DNA from: the human T2T-CHM13v2.0 reference genome, Homo sapiens
Reading direction: 5' to 3'
DNA length: 64,000 nucleotides
Assembly (NCBI GenBank): GCA_009914755.4
Contig: CP068257.2
Span: 30,304,001-30,368,000, forward strand
Positions 14,120 through 29,331 of the stretch are shown piece after piece. A program made the translations under genes and the position numbers. The notes under the pieces are model-generated. The model worked only from the letters and a program-made list of their open reading frames with translations, was not told where the DNA came from and did no database searches. Positions within the stretch are counted from its first letter, which is position 1. Each line of letters opens with the position of its first letter.

Positions 14120-14240
14120 TCAAGGTAGTGCTGTATTACTCCCAATTTAAAGGTGTGGAAACTGAGGCATGAAAGACCTCAGCCACTTGCCCCCATGACA
14201 CAGCCAGCGTGTGACAGAGCCACGATTTGACCTACGTGGT
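14120..14240 (-). mobile_element. MIR fragment.
   Basis: ggaaactgaggcatgaaagacctcagccacttgcccccatgacacagccagcgtgtgacagagccacgatttgacc. MIR core in reverse complement. Confidence 0.5.
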
Positions 14241-17200
14241 TTGCCCTAGGCCCCTGAATCACCACCCTCTACTGCATCTGTGATGTTGTACTTCCTCTGG
14301 TGGGGTTTACATGCTAGTGGGACAAACAGCTGGTATTTTAAAATGCTATAAACTGAGTGTGGTAATGGCTGTGGAGGAAGTGAGAGGGATTCAGGGAACA
14401 AGATGGAGTGGCCTCTTGAGGAGATGACTTCAAAGCCAGATCCTAAGAATGAGAAGGAACCAGCTATGGGAAGAGGAAGGTGTCAGGGAAGAAGGCCAGG
14501 AAAGGTCAAAAGTAAACTGGTGAGAAAAAAAACCAGATTCTTTTGTTATGGCAACCCTAGCACATATGGCTGCACAGCTGGGTTAAGTCAGGAAGGCATC
14601 TGTAGTCAAGTATGATCTGTTCCTCAAAGATGAGTGGAGACGGCCAGGTGGAGAACAGGTGGGGAAACGTTCCAGGCAGAGGGAACAGCATATGCAAGAG
14701 GCTGGTAGGTGTGACACATCTGATTTCTCTTCCTCTTAATTTTGGCGAAAACATAAAACTTCAGCACCTTTTAAGAGATGAATTTCCTACTGCTTTGGGG
14801 TCTGAGCAAACTTTCTATCTGTGTAAACTTGGGGTCTGATTTTGTGTCTGAGATACAAGTTAGGTTTCTGTTTGGTGCCCATGACTTTGCTGGCAGAAGT
14901 GGAAATGGAAAACCAAAATTGAATTTAATGTAGAAGGCTGTTTAAAATGAGAGTGAAAATGGAACCGATTTTCTTGCTGGGTTAGACACTGTTATTATAA
15001 AATGGCTTCTCTCTTTATGGCTCAGAAACAAAAACAGAATGAAGAGTTCACTTCCAAAAAAGCAAACTCCCCTCCCTGGAGGCTTTGGACCTGATGGATG
15101 GCAGAGACTTTATCCACAACTTCTGAGATAGATTTAGGAAGAAAATCAGCCTGTCATTGAAAGAAACCTTGGGAAAGAAAGCTCTTCCCTACAAATAGGG
15201 CCCCCAGGACCCTCCGCTAGTGAAGCCATAATTAACAATGGAAATGGGAAATGGCGCGCTTTCTTGGGGGTTTGTATTTCTTGGGGGTTTTCCATTATTT
15301 TCAATGGTGGTTATTTTCAAGACCGTAAAGAATAGCTGTAAAATAATTCACTTCTTTCCTTTACCCCAGATTATATGTATAAATATATATATATATATAA
15401 AAATAACATATAGATGTGTGTGTCTCCAATGAACTTTGAGGTTTCAGACACAAAAACCAAAAATATTCATTCTGGTGCATTGAACTTTTATTACTGTGAA
15501 TTGACTTTTCCTCAGAGTGACATATATGCTAATTTATAACAACTTTAATGCAGATGTGCTTTTTAATTGAAAAGAATCAAAATTAACTTTATCTTCAGAA
15601 TATTACAATACTCATGTGCAACCTTCAGTGAATCCCTACTGGTAAGGAAAACAGAAATTGAGAGTTCTATACCGAGAAGATTGAGAATGCAACGTTGTTG
15701 GACTAAAGCTGTCCTTTGCTCTCATGGGGGTCCCTGGGATGGATGGGTGAAGTATTTGCGTGAGGGCCTGGTGCCTCCTGGAGAGTCACACACAACACAC
15801 TCAGTCCACCTTCCTAGCTCAGTGAATCTGTTTTCACATAGTGGAAAAAAAAATCCCTGTCTCCAGTGCTGTACCTGTGGGTGGACAACTCGGCCAAGAG
15901 GCACCATGTCTCCAAATAGCTCTCCTGTCTCCATATAGAACTGGGTGTTCAGGAGGGAGAGTGAGAGAATTTGTTCTAGGCCTCAGACTCAGTGTTTTGT
16001 AAAAGTACTACCAGATATCATCAGCTACTGGCAGGGGTCAAATACAGAAGGATGGTATTAGTGTTTTCTCTGTGTTGAGACCCTCTCAAAATGAAGGCTA
16101 GCAGGAGGCAGTGGGAAGAGTAAAGCTATGACTCCTTTGGGGAACCTTAGGCCTTTTGACTTTTGAGAGAGAGGTTTCCCTTAGCTTCTGAGATTATTCA
16201 GTTATAAAGTACGAGATTTTTTTTTTATAGCTAGCATGTATATTTAACATAGAGTAAAGGAAGGAAGGAAAGGAAAAGAAACAACCATTTTGAAATCCGC
16301 AAGAAAATAATTTCTTGCTAAACATAGACCATTTAATGGAACAGTGGTGAGATCTGAGATTTTCCAAATGGATGAATTGGTTCCTAGTCTACTTTCTTTT
16401 TTTTTTTTCCTAGTCTACTTTCAAGGCCTTAAATTGGAAGTTATATTATTAAAAGTTGATACTGAAAGATGGAAAGATATTGCTTTCAGGTGGAAGTTAT
16501 TTTTAATTTTTCCAAGGCATTTCCTTTCTTGGAGAGCCACACAGAAGCAAGGTGCATCTCCCGAAGGTCCTCTTGGCTGCACTCTGTGTAAACTGGGCAG
16601 TTTCCGAGGCTCCTGTCCACATGCCCCTTAAGAACGAGTAATCAGACCTTCCCTCCACCTGCCGGGGTGGCTCTGTCCATTGCTTTGTCCCTTGCATCTT
16701 GTTAAAATTGCCAGCGACTTCTCCAGGGAGCAGTGACTCCATGTCTTTCCTCTTTGGGATGGCAGGTGATACCACAACTTTTCCTCCAGGGAGTATTTTT
16801 TTTTGTGTACCAGACTAAATATCAGGATGGCCATTTGGCTTTTGACTTAACTCCAAGCTTTCCCGTTTGTATTTCATAAGTAAGGGCCCTTTTCCTCTTC
16901 TTTCAGCTGCCGCCCCCACCCCCCACCCAGTGTCTGCCTTTCTTCCTCTTTTGAGATCAGAGTATTCTATGCTGCCTAGTATCTTTGGGTTTTCTTCTGT
17001 CCTGCGATAGCTCATCCTTATTTCATTCTGCTGGAAAAACCCCTGGTCGTATTTGATTGTTGCCCTCTCTTGTCCCAGTCTCTCATCCCTCTCATTTGTT
17101 AAGACTGTCTTTGATTCTTGGGAATCCCATGTCTGCCACGGAGAATCCAGAAAGCCCCTGGGCCATATTTCAAAAGACCCATCAGGAAATTCTGAACATG

Positions 17201-17434
17201 TTTTGAAACTCCTACTAATTCTATGGGATTACAGAGGTTTATAAACTGCATTCCACATTTTTCCCTTGGTATCCTCACATACTTCTGAAATGTCAGATGG
17301 ACTAGGTTTCTCTTTATCCAGATATTAAACATGTATGGAAACTCCGGGGGAGAGGAATTAAGATGCTTAATCTGGTTTCCCTTTTTAAAATCTCCTAGCT
17401 AGGAGTGTTTGACTGTTCACATAGGTTTCCATTC

Positions 17435-17724
17435 TTTTTTTTTTTTTTTTGGGATGGAGTTTCGCTCTTGTTGCCCAGGCAATGGCGCAATCTCTGCTTA
17501 CCACAACCTCCAACTCCCGGGTTCAAGAGATTCTCCTGCCTCAGCCTCCCAAGTAGCTGGGAATATAGGCATGCACCGCCAAGCCCAGCTCATTATGTAT
17601 TTTTAGTAGAGATGGGGTTTCTCCATGTTGGTCAGGCTGGTGTCGAACTTCTGACCTCTGGTGATCCGCCCACCTCAGCCTCCTGAAATGCTGGGATTAC
17701 AGGCGTGAGCCACTGTGCCCGGCC
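17435..17724 (-). mobile_element. Alu SINE.
   Basis: Poly-T then gggatggagtttcgctcttgttgcccaggcaatggcgcaatctc ... ggcgtgagccactgtgcccggcc. Confidence 0.9.
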
Positions 17725-18974
17725 AGGTTTCCACTCTTATTTGGCAATACAGTACAAATAAAACTGTAGCTTTTTCCCTCTTATTTTAAGAAAGGTTTTT
17801 TGATGAAACAATAGATCACAATTTATCAAGCTTAATTTATTCCAACTACAGAATTCAGGTCTTTCTGTGGCTTAGTTGATGTGAGCCTCATACGATCTGA
17901 GAGGTAGGTACTATTATTATCCACATCTTATGGATGAGAGACCCTAGGATGAGAGAGGTGGGTCCTCTTTAAGGATTTGTGACAATTTTTTTTTTCATTG
18001 ATGATAAATTCCTCCAAAAGAAATGGAATTCTGGAATCAGTTTGTAAAGTCATCAATTAAAGTTACTACAAAAACTGCTTGCTCAACCCTGACCAGACCT
18101 GCCACCTGGATGGCTCTGGCGCCATCTTGAAGACAAGCATCTGTTAATCTTATCTGTGGTCCCAGCCAGATGATGGAGAGAGGCAAAGACCAGTGTAATA
18201 TGCAGTGACTTGAGGAGATTTTTGGCGTCTGTTGAAGCCAGTTGGTGACAAGAAGGCAAGCAGTTTGGTGTCTCAGGGTCTCCTTCAAGAAAGAAACATT
18301 CATAAAGGCTTTAGAGTTGCTCCTCTGGCCTCATATGGTCTCCAAACCCCTTTAGTGGGGTTGTCCTCCCATTATCATGATGTCCTACTTCCTAGAGGCA
18401 TCTGCACTATACGACACCCCCACCTGGGACAGGAAGCTAGGTGTGCCGTAAAGATTAAAGGGAATATAAAAGGTCGTAGAGCAGTGGTCTGCACATTTGA
18501 GTATTATACACTGTGTTTTTAAAGGAAGAACGTTCTCGATAACTGTGTGTGTTGACGTGAGTTATTTTTATTTAAATGTTAGTTATAAGTACATGAGCCC
18601 CAAATCAAACTCCTTTTATTTATGGCCCTGTACAACTGAAAAACCAAAACTCATTTACAAGTTAAATAGAACCAAGAGTAAAAGAACCCCAGAATATTCA
18701 AATTAGCAACGTTAATGCAATGGCTAATGTTTTGTGGGAAGGGAATGGCTGTACACAGCATGAGTGCAGTTCTCACTGCTGGGCACAGGTTCTTTGAGCT
18801 TGTCAGGCCCATCTTGTGATGCCACACCTCCCCTAAAACTTTTCATTCTTCCAGGGCTTTCCAATTTTTTGAGTACGCATCAGAAGCACCTGGAGGGCTT
18901 GCAAAAACACTGCAGAGTTTCTGATTCCGGAGATGTGCAGTGGCATCCAGGAATGTGCGTTTTCTTTCTTTTTC

Positions 18975-19276
18975 TTTTCTTTTTTTTTAAGAGTCAGGGT
19001 CTTGCTCTGTTGCCCAAGCTGGAGTGCAGTGGCACACTTACATCTCACTGCAGCCCCAACCTCCTGGGCTCAAGTGATCCTCACACCTCAGCCCCCCAAG
19101 TAGTTGGGACTTACAGGCGCATGCCACCATGCCTGGCTAATTTTGGTATTTTTTGTAGAAATGGGGTCTCACCATGTTGCCCGCCCAGGCTGATCTCGAA
19201 CTCCTGAGCTCAAGAGAGCCACCCGCCTCAGCCTCCCAAATTGCTGGAATTACAGGTGTGAGCCATTGCGCCTGGC
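18975..19276 (-). mobile_element. Alu SINE (older, more diverged).
   Basis: ttttttttaagagtcagggtcttgctctgttgcccaagctggagtgcagtggcacac ... ggtgtgagccattgcgcctggc. Confidence 0.85.
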
Positions 19277-19500
19277 TGAATGTGCATTTTCAACAAGTTC
19301 TCAGGTAGTGCTGATGCCACTGGTCTGAGGACGAACCACACGCTATTCCAGTCACCAGGAGACTTTCCACTGACAGAAGCACAGATGCATCACTGACACA
19401 TTAAGTCCACCTCTGCTTCCTTCTCATTAGGCTATGACAATAAAAGTGATTTTTTTTTTTTTGGCAAAAATAGTGCATTGATAAAGAAATACCAAAGCAG

Positions 19501-19848
<348 letters not shown>

Positions 19849-22476
19849 TTATATGGTGGTCATCCAATGCCTCTGGTTATGCTTTGTGAAATGTTTTAGT
19901 CAATTACCAAAAAGAAAATAAAAATTAGAACTGTTGCACCCGTGAGGATGTGTCTGTGTACCTCAGTTTGAGAAACACTGAATGAGTTAGGCATTATGAA
20001 GCACTTACTGCGGAAAAAAATGATATTGTATAAGTAGCAGGCTCTTCAGCTTTAGGTGTGAATGTTAGAGCCAAGATTAGGCACTCAGAGGTGGTGAGCA
20101 GGGACAGAATCTTGGTTTTGTTTTTTCCTCCCCTTAACTCAATTCACTCCAACTCTGTTGAAATATGAGGTCTTTGCTATGTAGCATGGAAACATTGAAG
20201 CTCATTAACTGCATGAACCTGCTGGTGTATATTCAGGGCAGAGGACTGGGTTGTTGAGGAGACTCTCAATCATGTCAAATAAAGCACAGGCAAAAGACCT
20301 GAGGTCCCAGCCTGGGGAAGACCCAGAAAGGTGGGAAGATCCTGGTTCCAGTTTTCAAAGATGTGAAGTGCTGATCATGGAAGAGCAACTGGTCTTGTTC
20401 CACAACCAATGAATAGAAGATGTAGACATTGGCTTAGCCTTGGAAAGCTTTATTTTTGCATAGAATCGCCCTGGATGGAACAGGCTGGCTCAGAAGCATT
20501 GGGAACAGCTTGTCTCAGAGGCTGTTCAGTGGTCCCCAGCAACAACTTTGTGGGATGTGCCAGAAGGTTTCCATCCATAAAAGCGATGTGTCCAAGTCCT
20601 CTTTGTATGCAAAACTCTACAATTTTGGGACCCTTTTAGCATTCCTTCTTACCGATCTCCAAGAATTTTTCGAAGCAAGAGTGTTTAGCTCTACCTCAAA
20701 CATACTCAAAGTGCAGCATCGCATAGTACGTTCTCAAATATATCACTAGCCCTGATACTCCTTCCCTGCACCCCTAACCTGTCTCTCCTCCTCAGCCTCC
20801 TCAGTACCATTCTGTTACCACCATTGGTCCTGCATTCTGAGTTTGCCACCTGGCACGTGCCCTTCAAATGTCTCCACTGCGTCTTTGCCTTTCCCTTTCT
20901 GTTGCGTGCCATCATTCCGATTCCGATTTTAACAGCAACCTGCTGATTTCCTGCCATAGTTTCCTACTTTCCATTCTGAGCCCCTTTAATCCACTTATAC
21001 AATATAACTACTCCCTGAATTATTTGGTCATACCACTTGTATCTGCCGAACCCCTATTCCTCCCCTGGGGTACGTTTTCCACTAAACACACACAGGGAAA
21101 TGCCACCCAAATAGCTCTATGTGTGCCTTGTTCATTCTTGTTTCCATTTCTTTGTTTATGCACTTTTTATCTCTCCATCCATACAACCAGCCAGCCAAAG
21201 ACACATGAGCTCACACACATGCAGTCACTACCTGTGTGGCATGTTCCCTCTTCATGTACCTGTTTCTAAGTTCTCAGTCTCCCTTCATTGCACTCCTCTT
21301 GTGGTCAAAAGTGGTGCAATTCAGCATTTTCTTATTCCTTTTGCACTCATCACCGCTTGAAAGGACTGTGCTCATCTATTTGTTTGCACGTTGCTTGCCT
21401 GTCTTCTTCCCCACTCAAAACCCAAGAGGGCAGGTCTTTCTCTGGTCCCCAGTACCCAGCACCTATAGTCTTGCCTGGGGCAGAGAGCCATCCAGCAAGT
21501 ATTTGTGGAATGGATGTTTATGCATCTGTCCCCCTAACTCCACTGTGAGTTTGGAACTAACTCCACTGTGAGTGGGAACCAGGTCTTACTATATGTCTGA
21601 AATTTGCGAATGATTTCTAGTGGGAGCGGTGGGCTCCAGTACCTGTCATTATCTGAAATGCCATAATTCAGAGGTGCCTCTGTGGAATTGGGCCTCGAGG
21701 GTCTTAATTTCAATCAGTCTCATTGGATTTGTTTTGACTAGAAATCTTAGTGCCTGTTTTTAAAGTATATTCCCTTGGGCGCTTTTGAACACTTGAGACC
21801 TCTTGGTAGGCAGGCATTTCATCCTCATCAGGAAATCTCATCAAAATGATATTAGATTTACACATCAGGAAAATAAAGATCCTCTAAGAAGATGTTTCTA
21901 TTCTGTAGATTGGCTTTGGATAGGTGCAGTTAAGCTTACTCAGAAGGTATTTCAACCACATCTGAGATGTTGGGTTGGGGCCAGGTGGCAGAATCTCACA
22001 ATAAACAATAAAAAAATCAGGGCAGGAAGGAAGGGGACCTCCCCAGAAATTTCTGTAGTTACAAGCCAAGGCAAAATTTAAGAGTAGAGCAAAACGCCAG
22101 GTTTTGTTATGAGGCTTCGTTTCTGAGGGCTGAGTGGTAACCTGGCTCACAGTTTGGCTGTGACTGGAGCTTCCACTGTAGGGGGCTTTTCCTGTATTGT
22201 TTGGTCAGCCTTTTCCAGGTACCACCTTGTAAGCCATCCTTGGAAAACCACATAATGGCAGTACTACTCTTAATTGAAGTCCCTGATGTCTCCCAGGTGT
22301 TTCTTACATTGCTTGGTCTGGGCCTCCTTGTTGTTGACTTCTTCCTGCCATAACATTCGGAGAGAGCAGAGGGCCATGGTTCCCCTCCTCAGGAGGTGGC
22401 TCCTGATGCTCTTGAAACTCCTGCTTTTCTCTGTGGTCCCCTTCCGGGTCTTCACATTCAAGTGCTCTCACCCAAG

Positions 22477-22496
22477 ACTTTCTTTCTTTCTTTCTT

Positions 22497-22505
<9 letters not shown>
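22477..22505. repeat. (CTTT)n microsatellite merging into the Alu poly-T tail.
   Basis: ctttctttctttctttctttcttttttttt. Confidence 0.9.
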
Positions 22506-22861
<356 letters not shown>

Positions 22862-23035
22862 TCACCCAACTCTTTCAACATGACACTGAGCATTCTACAA
22901 AGATGACTTTGAAGAGGGCCTGTTGAGGTTGGCATGGAAGCAGCAGCTCCCACGCTTCGGTGAAGCCCGTGTCCCCAGTCTTCCCCTCCCCAGGGGACCT
23001 GACTCCGCTTTCATGTGTATGTCTCTCTTTTCAGA

Positions 23036-23163
23036 GGTGTGAACATGTATGCCATGTTGACCGGGACGCTGCCTTTCACGGTGGAGCCTTTCAGCCTGAG
23101 GGCTTTGTACCAGAAGATGGTAGACAAAGAAATGAACCCCCTCCCCACTCAGCTCTCCACAGG
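23036..23163 (+). CDS. HUNK: Kinase coding exon (subdomain IX-X), 128 nt. Encodes (I)GVNMYAMLTGTLPFTVEPFSLRALYQKMVDKEMNPLPTQLST(G).
   Basis: Acceptor tctcttttcag at 23025-23035. Donor gtaatg at 23164. Frame is continuous with the upstream exon (at+a = ATA Ile) and the downstream exon (g+gt = GGT Gly). Confidence 0.88.
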
Positions 23164-24688
23164 TAATGCACCAGCTGCTCTAGATCACGGTTCAGGACTG
23201 CTGTCGTGACCAGTTCGGGTCTACCTGTGAAACAGTATTTGTTTTGCAGTAATGGTGTTATGTCTATCCCATGGTTATAAGTTTCTTTCTAGTGTTAAAT
23301 AGAAGTGTCAAGGGGTGGTTGGGTTTCCCGTCTCTCAATGGCCACTCATGCCTTTCACCTGTATCCTTTCCTGTTCTGTTCTATCTGAACCCCTAACTTC
23401 TCCTTCCTCCTTCTGCACAAAACACGTAGATCCAAAGGATCTGATATTCTCCATTTAAAAAATGATTGCAGGCTTGATTGTTTTAAAACTCACCATCTTA
23501 TGATGCTGACTTGGAAAAGAGGGTTTATGGTCGCATTTCCAATATGGCTTCTTTCTGCAATTACTGTCAAGAAATGTTTGTTGCATTCAAGTTGGGGCTG
23601 TGATTTGTTTTGTGAGTTGAGGTTTTGAGCCCGTTCAAAAGCTTTTAAATATATAGAGGTTAAGTTACTTGATTGGACTGAATCATCAGGTGTGTTTGAA
23701 AAGTTCTCTCAAGCTTTAGCTGGTTCACATTTCAGTAAACAGTTTGTATTAAGGTTTGGTTTCAGATCCAGTAAATCAGTACAATTTGTTCTTTTGTTTG
23801 GTTCACAATTCAAGTCCTGGCCTTGGCTTGGCTTTGATGAGCATTTAATTGGCTCCTTAGAATAAACTCAGCTTCACTAAGATAAGGCTTTTGACCAAAG
23901 AAGAAAGCAGTTATTTAACTGCAACTTATGATACTTAGCGATAGTTAAAATATAGCATTTTATTTTACTACTGTTATGCATTTTTCTTCTGAGTTTAAAA
24001 GCATGCATGAAGCTGCCCCTGAATTTATCTTGCCAAGTGGAATCCAAGTGGAGACACGTTCTTGTATGCAATTATCTAATTCAGCCCATACTGTCACCTC
24101 AAGGGAGGGGAGACTCTCTGGAGGCTTGAAAGCAAAGGAGGCATTAAGTCCTTGGGAAGATGAGTTACAGCTCTGTCATTATACAAGAAATATTTCTGCA
24201 CTGAGAGTCATAACTCTTGGAGTTAGAAAATGTGCAAAATGTCAAACCAATTGTCATATTTAAGTTTTAGAGCTTTCAGAAATGTTGAAAGTGCGGCAGA
24301 GCACTCTGAGGTGTGCCCATTCATTCATTCATTCCATATTTCATACTCATTAGCTTATTCCGTGAATATGTGTTGTGCACCAATTATGTGCTAGGTGTGT
24401 TCTAGATTAAGCAAGACAGAGAACAAACCAGTCTCTACCCTTATAAAGCTTATATATCAGCAGGGGAGTCTAAAAATAAATAAATGGGTAATAAACATGT
24501 GTGGTATTTGGTAATGTTAAGTGCTCTAAAGAAAGTAAAATAAATTGGGACAAGGGGATAGAGAGTAAAAAGGTTTTTTTTTTTTTAACAAATAAGATTA
24601 TTTTAAAAACTTTTCATTGTGATGTAATTGTAGATGCACACACAATTGCTAGAAATAATACAAAGAGATCCAAACAGCCTTCATCTGG

Positions 24689-25039
24689 TGTACTAGTCCA
24701 TTCTCATGCTGCTAATAAAGACATACCCGAGACTGGGTAATTTATAAAGGAAAGAGGTTTAATAGACTCACAGTTCCACATGGCTGGGGAGGCCTCACAA
24801 TCATGGTGGAATATGAAGGAAGAGCAAAGGGACATCTTAGATGGTGGCAGGGAAGAGCGCTTGTGCAGGGGAAATCCTATTTATAAAACCATCAGATCTC
24901 GTGAGACTTATTCACTACCATGAGAACAGCATGAACTGCCTCCATGATTCAATTATCTCCACCTGGCCCCGCCCTTGACATGTGGGGATTATTACAATTC
25001 AAGGTGAGATTTGGGTTGGGACACAGCCAAACCATATCA
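24689..25039 (-). mobile_element. THE1/MST-like (MaLR) solo LTR, ~350 bp.
   Basis: gtactagtccattctcatgctgctaataaagacatacccgagactgggtaatttataaaggaaagaggtttaatagactcacagttccacatggctggggaggcctcacaatcatgg ... gggacacagccaaaccatatca is the reverse complement of the THE1 LTR consensus (TGATATGGTTTGGCTGTGTCCC...CCAGTCTCGGGTATGTCTTTATTAGCAGC). Confidence 0.8.
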
Positions 25040-26069
25040 CCCAGTTTCCCCCAATAGTAATATATTGTATAACTGTGGTATAATATCACCACTGGGAAAT
25101 TAACATTGATAAAACCCATTGACCTTGTTCAGATTTCACAAGTTTTATGTACAATCATGTGTGTTGCTGTATATTAGTTCTATAGAGTTTTTTCACATGA
25201 GTAATTTGTGTGACAGCCACCACAGTCAAGATGCAAGACAGTTCCCTCACAAGGATCCCTCGTGCTGCTCCTCTGTAGCCACAGCTACCTTCCTTCCTCC
25301 TGCTCTCCCTAAGCCCTGTCAGCCACTACCCTGTATCATCTATAATTTTGTCATTTCAAAAATGCTATATGTAAATCACTTTTTTTCCCACTCAGCATAA
25401 TTCCCTTGAGATAATCTGAGCTGTTTTTTTTTTATTGGTGAGTAGTATCTCCTGGTGTGGATATACCGCAGTTTGTTTCACCATTTACCCACTGAAGGAC
25501 TGTTGAGTTGTTTCCAGTTTGGGGCTATCATGAATAAAGATGCTGTAAACATTCATGTTTAAGTTTTTCTGAGAATATGGTTTCATTTCTCTGGGACAAA
25601 TGCCTAAGAGTGAAATTGCTGGGTTGGGTAGTAAGCACGTATTTAGTTTTGTAAGAAACTGCCAAGCCTCTTTTTCAGAGTGGCTGGACCATTTTGCATT
25701 CCCACTAGCAATATGTGCATGATCTCTGCATCCTTGCCAGCATTTGATGCTATTATTATTTTTTATTTTAGTTGTTCTGATAGGGGTCTAATAATATCTC
25801 ATTGCAGTACAAATAAGATGTGATGTTTCCAAATAGATGCAGTCTTTCAAAGCAGTCTCTGTAGGGGTTATATAGTCATAAATATTGCCATCTCTCAGAG
25901 TGATTCCAAAGTTTCTTTGAGGGTTCAGAGCCTGTTTTATTCAAGTGACCCATAACAAAGGACAAAAGGAGGATGAATGTACCCCCACAGTGGGGAAAGG
26001 CAGACAGTGCTCTCTTTGAACCCGATGACAGCCTGAGGAGCTGGAGAACTGCTGATCTGCTGCCATTTC

Positions 26070-26300
26070 ATTGTATTAGTCAGAATAGACCAGGTTATGC
26101 TGCAGTAACAATCAGCCCCCAAGTCTTAGTGGCTCAGGACCACAAAGGTTTATTTCTCAGTCATGCTACATCTCAGTTGAGAGCTGGATCAAACATTGAA
26201 AGGTTCTGCCCAGCCAAGGGCCCAAGGCTGATGGAGCAGCCACCACTTCCAACATTTCTGGTTCATGCAGAGGGAGAAAGGGAAAGAGAAAGAGAAGTTC
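26070..26300 (+). mobile_element. ERVL/MaLR-type LTR fragment (5' part, tgtattagtcag...).
   Basis: cattgtattagtcagaatagaccaggttatgctgcagtaacaatcagcccccaagtcttagtggctcaggaccacaaaggtttatttctcagtcatgc... This matches the typical 5' end of MLT/MER-class LTRs. Confidence 0.5.
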
Positions 26301-27394
26301 TTTCGCCAGCAATTAAATCTTCCACCAATCTTCCAGTTGTAAGTGGAAGCTTTCTAAAACATGGCATGCGGCTTCACCCAACTAAAGAGAATGGGGCAGT
26401 GCAACCTTACCATGTGCGTTGAAAGTGAAAAGCCAGAAATATTTGTTGATTAGCATTAGCATGAGCCCCACACAGCTGTGGGAAAAGGAGCAGACAAGCG
26501 CAGGTAGGTTAGTAACACAAGAAAATCAATCTCATTGCTTCAGAACCATACCTTGTTTTTACTTTCAATAACATCACGCAGTCTTAGCAGGCTGGGCTCT
26601 AAGTGTTTTTTGTGAAAATTAAATTTAACCTTAAAGAAGCAGGAGTTGCAGTTCTGAAGATGTTAAAAAATGGTCCAAAGTTAGTCCCAAAGGAGACATA
26701 TTAAAAATGTTCCCAGCAATTTCAGCATCACTGGAATTGCTGTCCAACCTCGCATAGCTCCTGCATTGAGCAGACAGCTTTGCCTTGGCCTTAAGCTCTG
26801 TGTGTGCTTGTTAAAGATCTTCACATTCCTACAGGACTTTGTTGTCTTCACTTGTCAAGCATGAATTGCATTTCTATATCTGATTTTCTAATTAGGGAAT
26901 CTGATGCTCTCCCCATCTCCTCCTTTTTAAAATAACTATTGGGATATAGAAATATCTTTTTTCAACTAGGATTGAAATCCTTTGAGCCAGGTGTCAAGTG
27001 AGGTGTTTGCACATGATAGACACTCAGGGAATCTAGGTTGCTGACTCTGGTGTTAATGTGTCTGTGTGACCTGGAAAGGTGGCCCATAGATTATTTTGAT
27101 TACTCAGGATTGGGAATTGTCCTGACCCAGTAGGGCCCAGAGCAGTGCACCAGCTGCTGAGGCAGCCCAGGGCATCTTATCTGGTTCATAGAGTGAATGT
27201 CTTCAGGTTTGAGGATCAGCTGCTGCCCTTCTGACAGCCTCCCATTTTTTCAATCCTTTGCACCCCGCTAAGTTTATCTCCTCTCCCTTCCAACCAGCCT
27301 GGCCCTGCTTATATCCAAAAATACTAGTTTACCAGTAACATGAGTAGCTGCCACTTATTGAATAATCCTTTGTAGGTGTTTTTCATGTGGTGTT

Positions 27395-27500
27395 GTTTTT
27401 ATACAATCCTGCAAGGTAAGTCCCTGTTTACCAGTGAGGAAATTGAGTCTCAGAGAGATTAAGTCTGCTTGACTGAAAACCTAGATTTTCCTACCATGCT
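27395..27500 (-). mobile_element. MIR fragment.
   Basis: tttaccagtgaggaaattgagtctcagagagattaagtctgcttgactgaaaacc. MIR core in reverse complement. Confidence 0.45.
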
Positions 27501-27708
27501 GTGTTATTTCACTCTTCTCTGATTTTATTTAGTATAAGACGCACCCCCCCTACAAAAAGTTGGAGGTATTATCTATTGTCTCTATGACCTTATGTTTTGA
27601 GTAATGTCAATCCAAATAGAAAATATGCCAGTTTTATTGTGTCTCACTAATGCACATCTTTATTAATTGGATGACTCTGTCATTCATATTTGTTTTTGTT
27701 TTTGTTTA

Positions 27709-27987
27709 AGACAAGGTTTCACTGTGTCATCCTGGCTGGAGTGCAGTGGCACAATCATGGCTCACTGCAGCCTCGGCCTCCGAAACCAAGCAGTCTTCCT
27801 GCCTCAGCCTCCCAAGTAGCTGGGACTGCAGGCGCATGCCACCATGCCCAGCTAATTTTTTTTGGTGGGGGGTATATTTTTTATAGAGAGAGGGTCTCCC
27901 TATGTTGCTCAAGCTGGTCTTGAACTCCTGGGCTCAAGCAATCCTCCTGCGTCGGACTCTCAAACTGCTGGGGTACTGCACCTGGCC
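27709..27987 (-). mobile_element. Alu SINE (old, diverged) preceded by (TTTTG)n.
   Basis: gtttttgtttttgtttaagacaaggtttcactgtgtcatcctggctggagtgcagtggcacaatc ... ctgctggggtactgcacctggcc. Confidence 0.85.
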
Positions 27988-29331
27988 CTGTCACTCATAT
28001 ATGTAATGATCATATCTATTAATTCTTCGGCTCTTTTTAAAGATTAAGTTGGAAGAATTTTTACCAAACTTGAGTTGAAAACAGCATTATTGCCCTTGTG
28101 AATCCACAGAACATGCTTCCAAAGAACTGCCCTTCATTCATCTCTGTCATGCCGTTTGCAAACTTAAGCTTCGAGGGCCTTTCTAAGTCTCTCTTCTACA
28201 CACTTTCTTTTTGCTTGTTGGCACTTGTATGTCACAGAGTAGCGAATGCCTTTTATGGCTGAGCAGTTTTTCAGACTGTTACCTTTTCATCACTACACCT
28301 CAACACTAGCATTTATAATACATTCCAAGCAGTCACTTCAGGTTATGATGGTTTTGTGCTGTGAATTCTCCAAAGTCAAACTGGAGGAGAAGCGTTAGCT
28401 TTTATGAGGGTTGAGTCAGTGCTAATTACGATGTCCAAGAAGGCACAATGATCAGATTATCAAATAATTTTTTAGCTTGGGAAGTGATGAGGAGGGAGCT
28501 TCAAGTGGGGAGGGGTCTCTATTTGCATCTATCAGGCTACACTAATGTGAAAAGTCTGATGACAGACCTGCAGCCCTTTCACTTGGTACAGTGTTCAGGT
28601 GCTCACACAAGCCAGTCCAGACTTTGGAAAGCTGATGGTTCATGAAAGAAAGTGGGGTTTGCGATGGAGGAAGGTGTTCTGTGTGTTACGTTGAGCAGGG
28701 TGGTACTATTTTTCCAGGCTTCAGTGGAGAACCTAAGTGTTATCTCAGAGGGGTGGAGGGTGGCGTGTGGCCTGTGGCCATGCCTGGCATGGCTTTCCAG
28801 GATGGTGAGGAATATTTTAATCTCTTTTGCCCATAAGGCAGGGGTTTTCAGGACCCTAAAACAAACTTCAAAGAGCTCTAAGGACTTCTCAAAGTCCTTT
28901 TTGGATAGTAATGCAATGTCTGTGACGTCCAAAGGAAGAAAATTCATCAGCGGAGATTTGAACTAAAATTACTTGTGCTCATCAGCAGTTTTTGAAGATG
29001 CAGAGCGCTCGGTTATGAAAATAGAACAAAAATGCACATCTAGTTTGTCCTTAGCACTTCTGGTTCATCATACTTTGAAAAAGCCTGGCCTGTTGCCCAA
29101 GTCTTTTGAGGCAACCCTGGGTTGTTGCCCAAGTCCTTTGAGGGTAAGCAACAGCAATGTCTCAGAAAACATTAACTCAACAGCCCACCCGCTCCAATTC
29201 ATTAAGCCCTCATCTTTTTTATCTGACCAATAGATGCCCCCAGTTAAGATCTAAATGACTCTTCCAATGCAGGGTTGTTAAAGGAAGGGAGATAGACATT
29301 CTGAAAAGCAGAGATCTGTTTGATTTTCGGG